From positions 1-19,336 of the forward strand of contig PXUB01000039.1 in the NCBI GenBank assembly GCA_003009755.1: a stretch of DNA of 19,336 nucleotides, written 5' to 3'. Under the pieces are notes generated by a model, which did not search any database, was not told the DNA's origin, and saw only the letters and a list, made by a program, of their open reading frames with translations. The first letter of the stretch is position 1; each line of letters opens with the position of its first letter. Below are positions 16,348 through 19,336 of this stretch, one piece after another. Both the position numbers and the translations under genes were made by a program. This DNA is from Thermoplasmatales archaeon SW_10_69_26. Its GTDB lineage: Archaea > Thermoplasmatota > SW-10-69-26.

Positions 16348-17403
16348 TCAGCGCTGGATCTCCACGTAGTCGTCCGCGATCTCCCTCACGCGACCCGGGA
16401 TCGAGGCGTGTAGACCGACGGAGAGGCCATCGGCGGGGTGGCCTAGGGCCTGCCCCTCGTCGACGCTTTCACCCTCCTCGATGGTCAGACGCGCCGGTTT
16501 CCCCACCGCGTCCGTGCGCGGGATCCGCACCCGGTCGACCTCGTCCTCGATGTTCACGATCTCGTCCGGTGCCCACGGGGCGTCGATCGCGTTGTGCTCG
16601 TAGTCCGGGTCAGGGTAGTAGCGGTTCTTGGGGTGCTTGTCGGGGTCGGCCACGAGGAGGGCGTTCGTGGTCCGCGTGACGGGAGCCTTGGGGTTGTCCG
16701 CGATCGGGTCGGCCACTTTGTCGGACAGGATCGGGCCTCCGTCCCACGCCTGGTGGTCCCGGTGGTCGTCGATGTCGGAGCCGTGGATGGCGAACAGGTC
16801 CTCGAGCAGCGTCCCGATCGGGGCCTCGTACACGGTCAACGGCTCGACCTCGCCGTAGAAGTGGGTGAACTTCGTCGTCACCGGCTCGGCGCGGAACACA
16901 GCGTTGTAGACGTTCCACAGCGTCTCGTTGTTGTTCACGACGATCCCGTGATCGATCGGCAGATCCGAGGCGGGGATCTCCCAGCCCAGCAGCTCGCGGC
17001 ACAGCGCCCGCTCCTCACCGTACTTGTACTTCGGTTCGAAGTAGCCGACGCTGAACTTGCGCAGGTCCTCGGCCAGCTCCTGCAGCTCCTCCAGGTAGGG
17101 TTTGGCGACCTCTTCGGCGCCGATGATCGCCACGTCCATGCTGAAGCAGGCGTCGAGGTAGTCGAACACGTCGACGAGAGCCTCGGGCTCGTCGCGGAGC
17201 AACAGCTTGTCCGCGTAGTACCCGGGCTCGCTCTCGGCTGCGTTCACGATGAGCAGGCGAGGCGCCGTCTCGTACTTCTTGTACGTCGGGAAGCCGCCTC
17301 CGCCGGCTCCCACGACCCCGGCTTCCTGCATCATCCCGATCGCGTCGTCCGGGGACCACGTGACCGGGACGTCGACACCACCCAGAGACGCCGTGTGAGG
17401 CAT
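16348..17403 (-). CDS. RnfC/PduS-like flavoprotein (Complex I 51K FMN domain + SLBB + C-terminal barrel-sandwich hybrid)
   Basis: AGVVGAGGGGFPT..K, IVNAAESEP, Y.YGEE, V.N.ET, GGP, GE.V..GQ...LHASIPG.V. Confidence 0.85.
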   Translation of the reverse strand: MPHTASLGGVDVPVTWSPDDAIGMMQEAGVVGAGGGGFPTYKKYETAPRLLIVNAAESEPGYYADKLLLRDEPEALVDVFDYLDACFSMDVAIIGAEEVAKPYLEELQELAEDLRKFSVGYFEPKYKYGEERALCRELLGWEIPASDLPIDHGIVVNNNETLWNVYNAVFRAEPVTTKFTHFYGEVEPLTVYEAPIGTLLEDLFAIHGSDIDDHRDHQAWDGGPILSDKVADPIADNPKAPVTRTTNALLVADPDKHPKNRYYPDPDYEHNAIDAPWAPDEIVNIEDEVDRVRIPRTDAVGKPARLTIEEGESVDEGQALGHPADGLSVGLHASIPGRVREIADDYVEIQR

Positions 17404-17469
17404 GACCAAGCCACGATGCCACAAGGCCTTGAGTCTTTACCCGTTCACCGTCAGCTACCCAAGCGTGAG

Positions 17470-18465
17470 TTACGGGGGCGTAGGGATCTGTTGGGTCAGA
17501 CAGTGACAGGCACCGTACCCCGCGACCAGCGGCTCGGCAGGGATGGGGACGATGCGGCGGTCTCCGAACGCCGCCGTCAGCCGCTGGCGAGCCACCTCGT
17601 CGTTGGGGTCGTCGTACACCGGCAACAGGACGACCTCGTTGCCGATCGCGAAGTTCGCGTACGTGGCCGGCCGCGGCGAGCCGCGGACCGTGACCGGGTC
17701 CGGCTGGGGGAGGCCGACCACGTCGAGGTCCCCGCGAGCCGCGAGGGCCTCGCGGTTGGCGGCCAGCGGCTCGTGGGCCGGCTGGCCCGGGTCGGCGGTG
17801 GCGAGGGCGAGCGTGTCCGGGTCGACGAAGCGGGCCACCGTGTCGATGTGGCCATCGGTGTCGTCGCCCGGCAACCCCGCCTCCAGCCAGACGACCTCCT
17901 CGGCGCCGAGCACACGCTCGAACAGGGCGTCGACGGCGGCCTCGCTGGCGTGCCCTCGGCCCTCGATCAGGCACTCGCGCGTCGTGAGCACGGTCCCCTG
18001 GCCGTCGGTCTCGATCGCGCCGCCCTCGCAGACCGCCTCGACACGGGTCCGCGGCAGACCGTGGGCCTCGGCGACGAACGCGGCGAGGTCGTCGTCGCGC
18101 TCGAGGTCCTCGTACTTGCCACCCCACGCGTCGAAGCGCCAATCGATCGCCGCCCGCTCGTCGCCGCGGTGGACCACGGTCGGGCCGGTGTCCCGCAACC
18201 AGGCGTCGGCGTGGTCCTTCTCGTGGAGGACGAGATCGCCCACCGAGCGCGTGCTCAGGATCGCCTCGGCCTCGGATCGGTCCTGGGGTCGCACGAGCAG
18301 GTGCACGGTCTCGCCGCGGGAGAGAGCCCAGACCATGCGGGCAACGGCCTGGCGGGCCTCCTCGAGACCCGCGATCCAGGTCCGTTCGTCGTGGGGCCAA
18401 GCCAGCCAGGTCGCCTCGTGGGGTTCGAACTCGGCCGGCCAGCGGACCTCGGGAGCCTCAGTCAT
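17470..18465 (-). CDS. aguA: agmatine deiminase (peptidylarginine deiminase family)
   Basis: PAEFEPH..TWLAWP, WLRDTGP, F.AWGGKY, EGG.IETDG, DTDGHID, YANF, GACHCLTQQ. Confidence 0.95.
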   Translation of the reverse strand: MTEAPEVRWPAEFEPHEATWLAWPHDERTWIAGLEEARQAVARMVWALSRGETVHLLVRPQDRSEAEAILSTRSVGDLVLHEKDHADAWLRDTGPTVVHRGDERAAIDWRFDAWGGKYEDLERDDDLAAFVAEAHGLPRTRVEAVCEGGAIETDGQGTVLTTRECLIEGRGHASEAAVDALFERVLGAEEVVWLEAGLPGDDTDGHIDTVARFVDPDTLALATADPGQPAHEPLAANREALAARGDLDVVGLPQPDPVTVRGSPRPATYANFAIGNEVVLLPVYDDPNDEVARQRLTAAFGDRRIVPIPAEPLVAGYGACHCLTQQIPTPP

Positions 18466-19333
18466 CGAGCAGCCGCCTCGTCAGCCCCTCGTACAGGTCC
18501 GGTCGGCGGTCGCGGAGGAACGGCCAGGTCTTGCGCATCTGCTGTGAGCGGTCGAGGTCCAGGGTGGCGTGCAGCACGTGCTCCTCGCCGACCGGGGCTT
18601 GCTCGTGGACCTTGCCCAAAGGACCGGCGACGAAGCTGGCGCCCCAGAAGGTGATCGGGGCCTCGCGCCCGACGCGGTTGGCGGCAGCCACGTACACCTC
18701 GTTGGCCAGGGCGTGGGCGCGCTGGGCCAGCAGCCAGGCCTCGCGCTGGTCCTCGGCCACGTCCTCGTCGGCGTCGGCGTGTCCGATGCAGGTCGGGTAC
18801 AGGATGACGTCGGCTCCCTCGAGGGCGGCCAGCCGCGCCGGTTCGGGGAACCACTGATCCCAGCAGATCATCAGACCGATCGTGCCCGCGCTCGTTTCGA
18901 CGACGAGCGGTCCCTCGTCGCCCGGCGTGAAGTAGTACTTCTCGAAGAAGTTGGGATCGTGGGGGATGTGCGTCTTGCGGTAGACCCCGGCGATCGAGCC
19001 GTCCTGCTCGATCACGGCCGCGCTGTTGTGGTAGACGCCGGGCGTGCGCTTCTCGAAGATCGGGGCCACGATGACGACGTCGAGCTCGTCGGCCAGCGCG
19101 CCGAGCCGGTCGGTGGTCTCGCCGGGGATCTCTTCGGCCCAGTCGAAGCGGTCGGGGTCCTCGACGCGGGGCAGGTACTCGGTGCGGAACAGCTCCTGCA
19201 GGCATACGAGCTCGGCTCCCTGCTCCACGGCTTCCCGGACGAGCTGCTCGTGGCGCTCGAGGTTCTTCGAGGGATCCCCGCGGTCGGGCGACTGGATCAA
19301 GGCGAGCTCGATCTCGCCGGCGTCCGATGCCAT
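18458..19333 (-). CDS. aguB: N-carbamoylputrescine amidase (nitrilase superfamily)
   Basis: LQELF, YRKTHIP, EKYYFTPGD, ICWDQWFPE (E-K-C triad); overlaps aguA. Confidence 0.92.
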   Translation of the reverse strand: MASDAGEIELALIQSPDRGDPSKNLERHEQLVREAVEQGAELVCLQELFRTEYLPRVEDPDRFDWAEEIPGETTDRLGALADELDVVIVAPIFEKRTPGVYHNSAAVIEQDGSIAGVYRKTHIPHDPNFFEKYYFTPGDEGPLVVETSAGTIGLMICWDQWFPEPARLAALEGADVILYPTCIGHADADEDVAEDQREAWLLAQRAHALANEVYVAAANRVGREAPITFWGASFVAGPLGKVHEQAPVGEEHVLHATLDLDRSQQMRKTWPFLRDRRPDLYEGLTRRLLDD

Positions 19334-19336
19334 CGG

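Overview
High-GC archaeal DNA with acidic predicted proteins, suggesting a halophilic euryarchaeon or Thermoplasmatota-like host (inference). Bases 1 to about 8.3-8.7 kb are a single minus-strand block of tightly overlapping genes that looks like a provirus or integrated rolling-circle element and continues off the left edge. It encodes an IS91-like HUH Rep, a divergent FtsK/HerA-type packaging ATPase, a HAD phosphatase + PAPS-reductase-family + C5 methyltransferase cassette and several Zn-finger proteins. Upstream of rep is a highly structured non-coding region holding a tRNA-like RNA with a non-canonical anticodon arm. From about 9.1 kb the window is host DNA: mcm, a decayed glycerophosphodiester phosphodiesterase, slyD, tatC, surface proteins, an RnfC/PduS-like flavoprotein and aguBA. 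Three CTAG-associated, modular hairpin-array elements (8696-9144, 11964-12109, 12826-13155) appear to belong to one non-autonomous repeat family. All calls come from reading motifs by eye; no database searches were run.
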